A stretch of 64,000 nt of DNA from Setoptus koraiensis. Its lineage: Eukaryota > Animalia > Arthropoda. The stretch is taken from assembly GCA_048013815.1 (NCBI GenBank), contig CM106585.1, positions 16,864,001 to 16,928,000 on the forward strand, written 5' to 3'. Position 1 is the stretch's first letter. Each line of letters begins with the position of its first letter. Below the pieces are notes generated by a model. That model had not been told where the DNA came from. It was given only the letters and a program-made list of their open reading frames with translations, and ran no database searches. The position numbers were made by a program, and so were the translations under genes. Shown here in pieces: positions 46,738 through 58,328 of this stretch.

Positions 46738-49700
46738 TTAGGAGATGCCAGTGTCACCGGTACCTTCAAGTTGATTACCTGCTGTTTGCATATTCGATGT
46801 TGATTGCAATTCTTCCCTATTGAATTCTGTAAGTCTATAGGCCGAAGCTAATTTCTCCAGTTGCTCTTTTACAGTATCGACCACATTTCTTGCATTGACC
46901 TCAGTATCTAAAATGAATATCTTTTCCATGTTTTCACCTAATGAGATACCAAAATGTTTCTTTCTTTTTGATTTGGTTAACAGTCTGATCTTGCGACCCT
47001 CTACTAGTTTTATGGACTCAATATCGGAGTATGTACAATGATAGATAACCTCCAATTGATGCATTATCATTGATCGCTCAATTAGAAGCAACCGTTTGTT
47101 TGTCAGCAATATTGTCCTATCCTGATTCAAGCTTCTGTGTGTCAAATAACTGTCAGTTTCAACAAATACACCTTTATCTACTTCACAAAACAATTGATAA
47201 CCAGCAGCGTCGTGTCTGTTGTAAGGTGTCAAAGGCTTACCCTTGATTATCAATCTTGCCGGCCTCAACCTCTTGGGTCCGTGTTGATCATTGACGCAAA
47301 CTTTCAGAGCATCCAATGTTCCCGTGGCAAAGTCCACCAAACTTGTGGCTGGTTGTGTCACTATTCCGATCATCCCTTTGCCCACTCCTTTCGCAAAACC
47401 CTCAAAACCATCTTCTTTGGCACCACTAATGGGTCTTGTGACAATTCCAGTAATACCGCCAACGAAGCCTTCAATCAAATCTTTGCCACTCCGAGCTATA
47501 TTAGGCTGTTCGCGTCTACGCTGACGTCGACGTTTCTTCAGATCATCATCGAATGTTAAATTGGATATTCCCTCTCCCAGAGTGCCTGTCATCTTTGATA
47601 GGGCTCCGATGGCTCCACCAAATGTGTGACTAAACAGAGAGGCAACACCAAGCGCCAGACCTTCCACAGCCTCCTCGGGTCCCTTTATAATACCCTGGAA
47701 AGGCTCATAGAAGAAATCTCCTACTCCTTGTTTGAGGTCCATCACTAAACTGACAGGGTTGCCAATAACGTCCAAACCTAGAACAATTGCGTAAAATTGT
47801 CGCAAAATCTGTCTCTTATAATGGTCGAGTGAAGCCCACATTAGCTGTTCTTGAGTAAAAAATACCATACTTCTCTCGAAACAATCTAATCTGAATGTAA
47901 CATCTTGGAACTCAGTCAATGCCACACCGGCGGAGCGCAGGATGTAGTCCAAGCCTAGGGGTAGATTGATAACTCCATCGTTGTCGCGTGATGATGTTGA
48001 GCTCAAACTAAAGCTAACATTCAATTTTAACGGTGAGAAATGTATCAAATCGTACAGGACCCTATTGGATCTGGTCTCTGATTCTACTAATTTCAGATTA
48101 GAGTTGAGTATTGTATCTAGATCAGTTTCGATCATTTCCTTATGTGTATAATTTCTATAGTACCACGTTGATGCTTCATTAGAAAATTCCATCAGGCTCA
48201 TCAGAAGAGGATATTCGATTTTGATGAAGAATTCCTGAACGAGCAGACTTAGATATTTGAATCGTTGTAGATTGGCCTGGCGCTGAATGACACCACTAAA
48301 CTCAAAGAATGGTTTAGGAACTTGATCACAAGCAACCGAACGCGGAGCCGGTATATGACTCATGATGGTACTGAATAGGCAGTCCGACATCTGATTGTCT
48401 ATCTGCATGTGAGATATTTTGAAATGAAGTTGTGTTGTATGCTCACTATAACCTATGTAAGCCCAGATACCTCGGTTTTTGATTCGTCTTAGCTGACCTT
48501 GAATAGGTTCTAGAAGAATTGGATATTCCAGTAGCGCTGGGTCGTTGGACCATTCAACTTTTAGCTTTCGGTCTAGTCTAGTTATATTGCTACCCGTGCT
48601 CGGTCCAACAGAACTCGTAGAGGTAGATTGGGGAGATTTGGCATCGAGTTTGGCCTTCTGTTTCTTATAGGCAGCTTCTATTATCTCGATTTCTTTGAGT
48701 GCCAAAGGTTGGTAGTGCCTCTTGTTTGGTGGCCTGATCTCCCAAATTAGGTCAGATGGAGCTATTCCAATATAAGCAATCTCAACTCCTGAAAAATCAT
48801 CCACAAGAGACAATCCTACACCTCTAAATGTCATTGTTATATCCATCTGTGGTTGTACAAACTCAATAGCGTGCATCATTTCGCTTGCAAGATTGAGATC
48901 ATGTGAGACCAACAAGACACGTTGAGGACCATCTACAAACGATACCCAACAAGTGGTTTTATCTTTTGTCGCCGAAATTACATCGTGGCGAGGATTAAGA
49001 CTCTGTTCGGGTTCATCGTTTATGCTCCACAGGATGGTCCTTTCACCTAAAGGATTGTACCATGTAAAATGGGATGAGTGCATCGGAGGCAGCTGATGAC
49101 GCTGTTTGCAACCTGCTTGTCTAAAAAATATGACACAATCGTCAGTGCCGTTGACCATTAATAATGGTGAACAGCCTTCAAAGTAGTCTTCCAATGTTAT
49201 TTGAACGCCGCTCTCGTCCACTTCCACAGTCACGTAGATCAAACGATCGTATATGTTTAATAGGCAGGAATTTGATGAGTTCAATGATATCGGTCTGGAG
49301 GAACAATCAGAATTGTTGGGAAATCTAAAGCAAAGAGTTAGATCTTTGGCGCGGTAAGGCCAGAATGGAGTGACATCCTTCTCTGCAGCTACTTCAAATG
49401 TATCATTGTCTTCGCTAAACTCAATCGCCTGGTTCGTTTTGTTTGTTATCAGATAGAATGGATGCACGGCTATAATCTTGGTTAGACCAATCCTTGACAT
49501 TGTGCAATGAACTGCCACTGTGTAAAATATGTTATCCTTGCCATGCACTAAAACAGTACCTTTGCTACCAACTACGTCAACTGGAAAACCATCACTAAAT
49601 TCTGAATCTCCTATTTTGATTTGTACTCGCTTCTTTGAGAAAAGAGTTTGTTTAAAAGACATTAACACTGGATAGTCTATATCACCCGGGTCCTGCACAT

Positions 49701-52700
49701 TATAACCCTTTCGACCGCTGAATCTCCAACTCATAGGCAACCGTGTCTTATTGATCATCCAGTATGGTGAAAAGAGCGATGAAATTATCCGTTTTCCTTT
49801 GGCTTCTAAGACAGTTGACATTAGAAGAGTAAGTGAGTTTTCATCATTGGATTCCGTTCGTTTATGACCCAGATTGTAAGGTGTAGGACCTTGTTGTAGA
49901 CCGGTTGGTTGACTGGTTTTGTAGGTGGATGACATGGGAAAGAATTTCCACGTATCAAATTCCTCATCTTCAGTCAGACCCCCAATTGTGTTGTTTGCTG
50001 TCCATGAATATCCAAGATAATCTACTATTTTCATTCTGATATGAGTCTGATTAAACTCTACTCCCTCAAGCTCTTGCTCATCGCCAGCACTCAACTCGTG
50101 CATTTCTTCAGATCCGATCAAGTTGTATTTTATGCAAAATGGTAGCAAGTTTCTCAATACAAGCACTTTTTTTCCATCTGATCGAGAACTAGAGGGCCTA
50201 ATAATTTCTGAACGTTCCGTTTCATCATTTAGAGTGTCTAATAGGGATAGAAGCACATTGACTGCAGTTCTAGTAATAGTGATATCGAGTTGCTCTTGAG
50301 ACTCAAGATCAATATCCATCAGTGACTGCCCTTGAACTTCTTTCATATCTATGGTGACATCAAATTTCCACAAAACAGGCTCACCTGACGGGAATGGATC
50401 ATATGAGACTGGTTCGATCATTGGCTCCCAAGAAGTGTTGGTCTCATTGTAATAATTCAGCAGACATTGACACTCAAACTTGATGAAATTCGAATTCTGA
50501 AGTTGACCAAAAATTGAGGAATGGAACCTAATTAACTGTACCGGGTTCACTATACCAGCCTCCACTACAAAATCGATGTCATTGAGATCCAAGTAAATTT
50601 CTCGTTTGCCATTGGCAACAAAAGGTGCGTTGGGTGCTATCGATCGAGCCGCCGTTTGAAGAGCAAAATTCATATCCTCAGTAACCTCTATAGCTTGATC
50701 AATCAATTCTTTGGCGCGATAACGCGAGTCTCGACTAAGTAGTTTAGGCTGCAACAATTCACTTGCTCTAGGTGGCTGTTTCTCAGTCAATCTTATCTCG
50801 GATGTTTGACCGAACGCTCCTAAAACTTTAGTGAGGATTTTTAGGGCCTGCGGTGACATACGTACGTCTAATTTCGTAAATCCAATATGCATTATCTGAT
50901 TTTCGCCTTCCATTTGAGCGAGTAGCTTGATGCCGCATGGCTTCAGGATGTCGTATTTATTTTCAGTTGGGGCACGATTAGAAAACATGACGAAATTGGT
51001 GAGAGTCAGTTGTATTTGTTCGACATTTGAAGTGATCTCTATTGAGGATCCCTGTGGTTTAGACTCGTAGTCAGTTTCGAGTAAGAAACTACCCGTCTTC
51101 AATTCAAGACCGAAATCAATAACTGGCTGCTCTTCGTCCGCTTCACTCATTGATCGGGCAAATGCTAGAGCCCTTCTCCTGCTATCCATACTGGCACTCT
51201 TTCCTTGTAAAGAGGGATCCTCACTCGATGCCAATATAGATATGCCATCGATGGTGGTTTTGATTTGTGCAGCGTTCGCAGCTGGACGATATCGAACAGA
51301 GAATACGATGCCTGCCATACAAAATTTGCCTAATTTAAAATTCTGATCGAAACCAGTGATCTCCGCTCTGATGGAATTGAGCCTGAAATTTATGATTACA
51401 CCAACGAATTCTTTCGGAGTGTCTAGAACACCAACACTACTAGAGTCGTAACCGATTGCATGGTAGAGTTTCTCTTTTTCGTCTTGTGTCATTTCACGTT
51501 TCAAATCACTAACGATTGCTTCGGTTTGCTCCTCAACTTTAGCAGACTCTCCTGTCCAGCCGCTCCAGGCCCATTCACCTATACTCGCGCCCCAGCCTCC
51601 CAACCAGCCCGATTTCTTAGTTTCTTGAACTTGTTTTCGTTTTTGCAACTCTGGTTGTATTTCAATTTCGGCACGACTCCTGCATAGTACAATATTAAAA
51701 ACATCTAAATCCCTTTCGTATTCCTCCATCTCATCTTCTATGGCTACTCGTTCTGTGGCATTATTACAGAGTAACTTCTCTTTGTATAGCTCTTTGTATT
51801 CACGGCACTTTTTCCTATGTTTTTTCATTCGCTTCCAATCCCAATTATTGCGCCTAGGTTTTATATCTCTCTCCAGTACAGAATCTAAGGCGAATTGCCA
51901 CCATATGTGAGAGTTAGAGTGAACTCCAACTCTGGGTCGAAATTTCCTAAATGCTGCTGCTATTTTCATACGGCCTAATGATTCCATGAATGACGTGATG
52001 GAATGGAGTTGTGCGCGTTTCAATTGGACGGCGAAATCTCCGAGAAGCATGTCAACATCGGCCACCGGTACAGTAAATTCAAATTTCTCAGGTTTTGAGT
52101 TGACTACAAAGTGTCCCTTGAAAGTGACAGGCTTCAAAATATAGTCAATGTTTGCATCGGTAGGAACATCAGTTGTGCAAGCAATGCGCTTTCGCATGAT
52201 TGCATCAATTTCTTTCCCATCAGTTAATTCTGATAGGAAGTAGATCTCTTTGCCACAGTTGAAATATAGAGACAAATAATCGATAGATGTGAGTTTGAAA
52301 ATAAGTTCTTTCTTTTGTGATTCACTGTATTTGTCTTGCTGTTTCGACCAAATAGGGTCTGTGACTGTTTGAAATACTATTTGACTGAGTGTGAGGCCCA
52401 CTTGAAATGGATTCGCCGGATCAGTGAATTTGTCCTCATACACGACATGTATGTTTGTTATGAATATTTGAACATTACGTATCACTTGAGCGGCCAATTT
52501 AGTAACAAATCCATCATCTTCCTGGGCGACTTGTTCGAGGTTTTTCTTTTTAGCTGAACTGGCCTCTAGTGTACGCTTAGTGGTCTCATAATGAAATAAT
52601 TGTTTCTTCTTAGCTGTCCACGCTCTCTCTGCCTCGATATCTTCATCGTATTGCTCGAGAACATTTGGCACGGCCAACACTAATACATCCTCTAGTGACA

Positions 52701-52941
52701 ATTTGACAGGTGATGAGTATAACGATGACCATGGTATGACTGCGGTCAATTTACCAACATGTCCATGTATAATTTTGAATGGTAGATCTAGGGAGGCGAA
52801 AGCGTCCTCTTTAATGGCAAGATTTTTTAGTTCGACGTTGCCTTTCCAGGCTCCCAGTTGTAATTGTGAAGCACTGACATCGTCAATGAAATGGCCCAAG
52901 TAGGTGTTCAAAAGATTGGCGACAACACTCTCAAAAACCAT
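46738..52941 (-). CDS. Vps13: VPS13A/C-type lipid-transfer protein, intronless, short (2067 aa)
   Basis: Chorein N-terminus MVFESVV.NLLN.YLG.FI...QL.LG.WKGNVEL.NL; WEPMIEP; VAB/SHR-BD SPYWMINKT; HFKISHMQIDNQ; HFSPLKLNVSFSL; QFYAIVLGLDVIGNP..L...L..GV.DFFYEP.QG; ATG2_C-like helices; PH-like C-terminus. Confidence 0.95.
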   Translation of the reverse strand: MVFESVVANLLNTYLGHFIDDVSASQLQLGAWKGNVELKNLAIKEDAFASLDLPFKIIHGHVGKLTAVIPWSSLYSSPVKLSLEDVLVLAVPNVLEQYDEDIEAERAWTAKKKQLFHYETTKRTLEASSAKKKNLEQVAQEDDGFVTKLAAQVIRNVQIFITNIHVVYEDKFTDPANPFQVGLTLSQIVFQTVTDPIWSKQQDKYSESQKKELIFKLTSIDYLSLYFNCGKEIYFLSELTDGKEIDAIMRKRIACTTDVPTDANIDYILKPVTFKGHFVVNSKPEKFEFTVPVADVDMLLGDFAVQLKRAQLHSITSFMESLGRMKIAAAFRKFRPRVGVHSNSHIWWQFALDSVLERDIKPRRNNWDWKRMKKHRKKCREYKELYKEKLLCNNATERVAIEDEMEEYERDLDVFNIVLCRSRAEIEIQPELQKRKQVQETKKSGWLGGWGASIGEWAWSGWTGESAKVEEQTEAIVSDLKREMTQDEKEKLYHAIGYDSSSVGVLDTPKEFVGVIINFRLNSIRAEITGFDQNFKLGKFCMAGIVFSVRYRPAANAAQIKTTIDGISILASSEDPSLQGKSASMDSRRRALAFARSMSEADEEQPVIDFGLELKTGSFLLETDYESKPQGSSIEITSNVEQIQLTLTNFVMFSNRAPTENKYDILKPCGIKLLAQMEGENQIMHIGFTKLDVRMSPQALKILTKVLGAFGQTSEIRLTEKQPPRASELLQPKLLSRDSRYRAKELIDQAIEVTEDMNFALQTAARSIAPNAPFVANGKREIYLDLNDIDFVVEAGIVNPVQLIRFHSSIFGQLQNSNFIKFECQCLLNYYNETNTSWEPMIEPVSYDPFPSGEPVLWKFDVTIDMKEVQGQSLMDIDLESQEQLDITITRTAVNVLLSLLDTLNDETERSEIIRPSSSRSDGKKVLVLRNLLPFCIKYNLIGSEEMHELSAGDEQELEGVEFNQTHIRMKIVDYLGYSWTANNTIGGLTEDEEFDTWKFFPMSSTYKTSQPTGLQQGPTPYNLGHKRTESNDENSLTLLMSTVLEAKGKRIISSLFSPYWMINKTRLPMSWRFSGRKGYNVQDPGDIDYPVLMSFKQTLFSKKRVQIKIGDSEFSDGFPVDVVGSKGTVLVHGKDNIFYTVAVHCTMSRIGLTKIIAVHPFYLITNKTNQAIEFSEDNDTFEVAAEKDVTPFWPYRAKDLTLCFRFPNNSDCSSRPISLNSSNSCLLNIYDRLIYVTVEVDESGVQITLEDYFEGCSPLLMVNGTDDCVIFFRQAGCKQRHQLPPMHSSHFTWYNPLGERTILWSINDEPEQSLNPRHDVISATKDKTTCWVSFVDGPQRVLLVSHDLNLASEMMHAIEFVQPQMDITMTFRGVGLSLVDDFSGVEIAYIGIAPSDLIWEIRPPNKRHYQPLALKEIEIIEAAYKKQKAKLDAKSPQSTSTSSVGPSTGSNITRLDRKLKVEWSNDPALLEYPILLEPIQGQLRRIKNRGIWAYIGYSEHTTQLHFKISHMQIDNQMSDCLFSTIMSHIPAPRSVACDQVPKPFFEFSGVIQRQANLQRFKYLSLLVQEFFIKIEYPLLMSLMEFSNEASTWYYRNYTHKEMIETDLDTILNSNLKLVESETRSNRVLYDLIHFSPLKLNVSFSLSSTSSRDNDGVINLPLGLDYILRSAGVALTEFQDVTFRLDCFERSMVFFTQEQLMWASLDHYKRQILRQFYAIVLGLDVIGNPVSLVMDLKQGVGDFFYEPFQGIIKGPEEAVEGLALGVASLFSHTFGGAIGALSKMTGTLGEGISNLTFDDDLKKRRRQRRREQPNIARSGKDLIEGFVGGITGIVTRPISGAKEDGFEGFAKGVGKGMIGIVTQPATSLVDFATGTLDALKVCVNDQHGPKRLRPARLIIKGKPLTPYNRHDAAGYQLFCEVDKGVFVETDSYLTHRSLNQDRTILLTNKRLLLIERSMIMHQLEVIYHCTYSDIESIKLVEGRKIRLLTKSKRKKHFGISLGENMEKIFILDTEVNARNVVDTVKEQLEKLASAYRLTEFNREELQSTSNMQTAGNQLEGTGDTGIS

Positions 52942-54786
52942 TGTGGCTGTTATGACCTGGTATTGGTTTGTTGGTACGATGCTATTGTATTATCGTTATT
53001 TGGTGGGTAATTTTGAAAAAGGTTGGTGCTATCCCAATATTACTGCATTGTGGCCGGCGCAAAAGAAACCATATAGTGTCGTCATCGCAGTGGTTGTTGT
53101 TGGTATATTTCGTTGTGATGCAAATATGATAATAATAATATAATAGAGTGCAAATAGGGTGCACAATAAGCGTATAAAAACGAGTGATTCCGGACCAGCA
53201 AACAAATAACGTTTTCTACCCGGTGAATACTCGACTTATCGACAACATATTGTTGATATGATGCTGACACATATCAAGATAGCAAAAACATTGATTCGAT
53301 GCTTGGGATGGTTTGACGATCAATTGAGCGGCACATTGTTATAATCTATTTGTTTCATACTACTATCACTACTATATGCGACAATTGTAATCATAATAAT
53401 AACGATGATAGTAGTGCTGACACAGTACTGTCGATCTAATTACATTCACATGCGTTTCTGGCTATTTTTAGAGTATCCACGTCCAAATGTATTTATTTAC
53501 AACACGGTTTTTCATGATGATAATAATAATTATTTAGTTATTGTTTGTGTTGTATCAGCAACAACAACAAAAAAAAACAAACCATACTGTTCAGCATTGT
53601 GAATGCCAACGCATGAATCCATTTTAGTCATTCACTCTCGCTCTGTCCGTGAATTCGTGGATAATTTGTCAACACATTCACTGTTCCACTCTGTGCTGTT
53701 TTCGGCACGCGCACAGAACACAACTTTTTCGACGGAATTTTTTCGAGTGAAAAAGAAAAAGCGCGCACCGTCTTTCCTGGAGATTTACGGGGCTTTTTCA
53801 GTTTTTGAGAAGAAAAAAACAAAACAAATCAGTCCCATTCTCTCGCACTCTCATTCTCTCCAAGTTTCTCGCTCACTTTTTTCTCGGAAGGAATCGTGAT
53901 TTCAATCAGTGCGCGTCTGCCTATCTATTCGTACAACAGAACTGGCATTATATTTGCAAAAGAGAAAAATATTCCACAAACGAGAGCGTATTTCATTGCG
54001 TTGCGGGGGTTCTTTTTTGAAAATGTTTCTTGAATTCCTGTGCACTTGATACATGAAAATTTCATGATGAAATACATGTCGAGAACACCACGGACTTAAA
54101 ATCAACTGGGCCTGCCGAAGAAATGGGTCTCTCCAAAGAGTTGAATAATCAATCGTCTATCAAGGGTAGCGGCTCGCAACCGCACAATGGGCGTCACAGT
54201 GAATGAACCACCAAAAAACATTGCCATGCGTCAGTTGTGAGACCTCTATCGAGCTTGTGAGATAAATAAAACTAACAATGGTCAATAGCTTTGGAAATTT
54301 GTATGAACTTCAACACACTTGGCGCGATTGTCCTTGGACTTCATTCATCCAAGACGAACGATTGTCGCCGATAGGATGATGCAACTTTTGATCGCGCTCA
54401 TTTAACTAAGATTTTTTTTTTATATGAGGTCGTTATATCAAACAGAGTCAGTAAGTCTGATCATGTTGACTAGCTTGTGAAAATCTTCCGAGCTCATCAC
54501 AGAAACAACCTATCAATGGTATGTTTGCATTACTATCAAGTTTCACTTTGTCTATACGTTTCATATCAGTGAACCTGTGCTTGGAGAGGGCTATCGTTAA
54601 AGCAGATTGATTTTAAAAATTTATTTGCCATTGTATACTATGCTTGAGTGGCTTTCACTTGTTCGACCATGCCATTAGAAGACAGATAGTCTTTGAAACT
54701 GTCCTGATATTACTGCTTTCTTAGTGTAATATCCAATATTCAATCGCACCGCAAAACGCGTTAGACTGATCGCCACATATCGACAC

Positions 54787-55347
54787 ATGCTCGATGCAAT
54801 GTGCGAATCAAGACTAATAACTTGCTCGATTGTTGCTGTCTTGGTAGCTGTCATTATACTGACAGACTGCCAGCGGATCGAGTCATGTTCGGAAAAAAAC
54901 AAGAAACCATACTCGTTCGCCGATGTTAGTCCTAAAAGATACCAATATCGGACTGAGGAACGGACTAAGCCTAGAGATCCGGCTGTTACTTATTGTGAAG
55001 CATGTCCGAATAAATATTGTCCAGACTATCACGAAAATAATCAAACTAAGCAGCCTACTTCTACGAATTATGTTTTTTCATATGGCACAATTAAGGATAT
55101 GTATGAAATATGGATAGACAGTGGGCAAAAAGAGTGCATAGACGCAGATGACCCTAACATGGAGAATCGCCTGAAAGATCTGAAAGCGAAAATGAAAGAG
55201 AAAACTAAAAATGAGGGGAGGAGGCCAGATAAACTGCCCAAGAAAAAGCGTAAGAAAGTGCCCGAGAGGAAAGGGAATAAAGGGGCGCCAAATGGAAGGG
55301 GCAAGTATGTTTCGAATGGGAAGAGAAAGGAGAGCTACAAGAAATAG
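54787..55347 (+). CDS. Hypothetical secreted, Cys-containing protein with Lys/Arg-rich tail (186 aa)
   Basis: Hydrophobic N-terminus (LITCSIVAVLVAVIILT), CEAC..KYC motif, highly basic C-terminal third (PKKKRKK). ATG 54787 or 54799; ATTAAA at ~55376. Confidence 0.6.
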   Translation: MLDAMCESRLITCSIVAVLVAVIILTDCQRIESCSEKNKKPYSFADVSPKRYQYRTEERTKPRDPAVTYCEACPNKYCPDYHENNQTKQPTSTNYVFSYGTIKDMYEIWIDSGQKECIDADDPNMENRLKDLKAKMKEKTKNEGRRPDKLPKKKRKKVPERKGNKGAPNGRGKYVSNGKRKESYKK

Positions 55348-57947
55348 TCCGATGAATCAGATGCGATTTTCAGGTATTAAATTCGACGGGTGATAATTCG
55401 TTCTTCTTTACACAGGATGGTTCGAGGACAAATTCCCACAACGAAGATCACCATGGCACCTAATCTTTTATGGCATCTTGGTTCTTTCTGTTTGCGTGAG
55501 TTAATTGAAGGAATTGAACGGGGCCTCTCTTAAAGCGCCATCAAACCGTGTCGCTAATTATATTCGACTCGACTGAACGACGACTACTTCAATTCATTAC
55601 TGTTCGCTGAGCAACACTAAAAATTATAACTGATACTGATAACAGGGTGGATTTTTCTTTTGAAACAAGAACGAGACACAAGAATGTGTATCACAGGAAG
55701 ATATAGTTGGACTACTACTAATTGTTGTATATGTAGCTAAAGTGTAGGTGTTAGACTGGAACACGCAATGTATGATGACATTGCCAGTGTGTTCACCTGT
55801 AAATGCACTTCCGAGATGTCGCCTGTGCACTTTTGTCGAGCTTCCATTTGAGAAAAACGTTGTTTGTGTTGGATCGCACTAGATGGAGACAGTTTATGGT
55901 GGGATACTGTGACGTTTCTATTGCAATTGTATAACGGCCCCGCTGTGACTCAACAAGCCAGGTTAGGCAACGACAAGCAAAGTGTTGTTTTACTGGAGCT
56001 AAACTTACAATGGCCATGAGTGTTGAATAGTTTGCGCGATCATCGGCTGACTCAGTTGCCGTTTCTATACAATTAGCATCTTGTTAGATTTAAGACCATG
56101 AATGATGATGACGAGCGCCATGACATTTTAGTCGTCGGAGCGTATTACATTAATCCAAGCTAATGAATCTAATCATTAGTGCGTATAGGCTGTGATGTGT
56201 TGTATGGTGTTGTGGAGCGACTGTTTATAAACTTGATTGATGTTGTTGTCGCTAGAATGCAAATTGAACAACATGCCGAAATGTCTTGTTGTTTGTACTC
56301 TCAATCTCATTAAAATCAATATATATATATATGAATATTAGATTTAAATATTATCATTAGATATAGATTCTTGAGAGGGGCCAACTGACAGCCACGGCAG
56401 CATGAATCGAGATGCGATGCGAATTGACAGTGAAAAACTGCTGTCCCCGCTTCAGACAGTTAACTCGGTATCGCTTGGTGTGGTTCAGATGAAGCGTTTG
56501 TGTGGGGCCTGTGTTGTTGTTTGTGAGTAGGCTGTTTACACTCGGCCGCATTGTCATCACTGTGGCTAGAAATCTAACTAGAAAGTAAGAGATACAAATC
56601 AGTCGAATCAGATCACCTACACGAACTAGCGTATTGTTGCACAAGTCACGAAAGTTGACATTGAAAATGGTATAATTTAGTGGCAGTTTCAACAAAACTA
56701 ATGCAACGAAAGTATGCGATGGGCAAGAAATGAGCAGAACGATCTTGAAAGGAAACAGGAAATAACTTGTTGATATGTTTTGGGACATACGCATATAACG
56801 TTGCGAGTACGAATATAAGAATATTCGAATATGTGACGCGTCAACAAAAGCGTCCGAGAAATGTCAATTGTCTCTCGGCACAACAAAAGCAAATGTGTCA
56901 ACATAAATCAAACAACAACACAATGGATCGCACCAAATGGGGCTACTGGATGCTTATCGTGCAAACGGTGCGTCGTTATTATTTTTCAAGTGTCAAGATC
57001 GGTATGCGTGCCTCGACATGCAACAATTGTGCAAGAAACGCAATCAAAAATGTCGCTAGCTCAATTTCGATTGTTGTGACAATTGTTGTGGCAGCCACGA
57101 ATTAAATTCGGATAATTTCGGAAATAAATTTCGGAATTTCGAATTGAAAAGAAATTTCGTATTTCCGAGTTTCGATGCAAGTTGCGCAAAATCTTCAAAT
57201 TGCAACTCAATTGTTTTCGCTGCGCCGGATATGACGCCGAATATGGTCGATTAGTCATAAGTGTAGTTGTAGCAACAATTGAAAGTAAACCAATGTCGTC
57301 GGCTGACAATTGCACACATCTCTAGAATTCAAATTCAAACATCAGATTCAGGGGCGTCTTAAAAGCAATAACATACGCACACATATTTGTTTGGCTTGGA
57401 GCCAATGGCATCGCGATCTCGATGAGGCATAATGACATCGAGAGTGGCAAGCGGTCCCCCTTTTCGCAATTACTAATACCTTGTAAATTGTGTATGTGTG
57501 ACGCCATCTTCGCTGATGTTGCTGTTGTCGTTTTTGTTTATGGCTTGCGATAGTATCACATAATGGATAAGGCAAGTTGAAAGTTCAATATACACACACC
57601 AACAACAACAGCAACAACAACAGCCACAACGGCTGCTATTTGTGCCTGTACGATCGCATTTCGATATTCTCGAAAAAAGTGTCTTGTTTTGTCGCGAAAT
57701 TGTTTGTTTTGTGTGTGTCACTATTTGTTTGTGTGTGCGTATGGGGTCGGCCGAGCCGTAGAGCCCCAAACAGACAGAGGAGATATGCGAGACAAATAGC
57801 ATAGCGCGGGGTGCATGCGCCGCACGTTGCAGCAGCCGTCGCCGCCGTCATCGCTGTCGCGGCTCATTTTGAATTTCACCCTTCGAAAGTGACAATCGCT
57901 CGGCGAGCTCGCGAAAACGACAGTGCAAAAACGATCGAGAGACGGAC

Positions 57948-58140
57948 GAAAAGCAATCGGAAAACAATCGAAAAGCAATCAGAAAAGAGTTGGAAAACGA
58001 CCAGAAAACAGCAAGAAAACGGCCGAAAAACAGTGAGAAAACGTCCGAAAAACAGTAAGAAAACGGCCGAAAAACAGTAAGAAAACGGCCGGAAATCGGT
58101 AAGAAAACGACCCGAAAACAACCCGAAACAGCTAGAAAAC
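57948..58140. repeat. Phased A-tract array (GAAAA every ~11 bp, 18 tracts; 22-bp higher-order unit)
   Basis: GAAA(A) starts at 57948, 57960, 57970, 57982, 57993, 58004, 58015, 58025, 58037, 58047, 58059, 58069, 58081, 58092, 58103, 58114, 58125, 58135. Confidence 0.92.
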
Positions 58141-58328
58141 ATAACTCATTCCGTGCGCCCGACTGGCCAATAACAGGCAGCAAGACTAAGCAAGAACCTG
58201 CCCCGAACGAGAACCGGCATTTTTTCCGCCAGCGATTTTTTCTGGGCCCATCGTGCAGCGAGTAAACTACGACGAATGCGCAACAGTGACGCCAATCTCC
58301 GCCAGTGCTACATATCTGCGTGCTAGAA

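Noticed and set aside
55400-57900. Short ORFs between the secreted orphan and the Ig gene
   Set aside because: All are 112-145 aa or shorter, mutually overlapping, with no recognisable motif or consistent splice chain.
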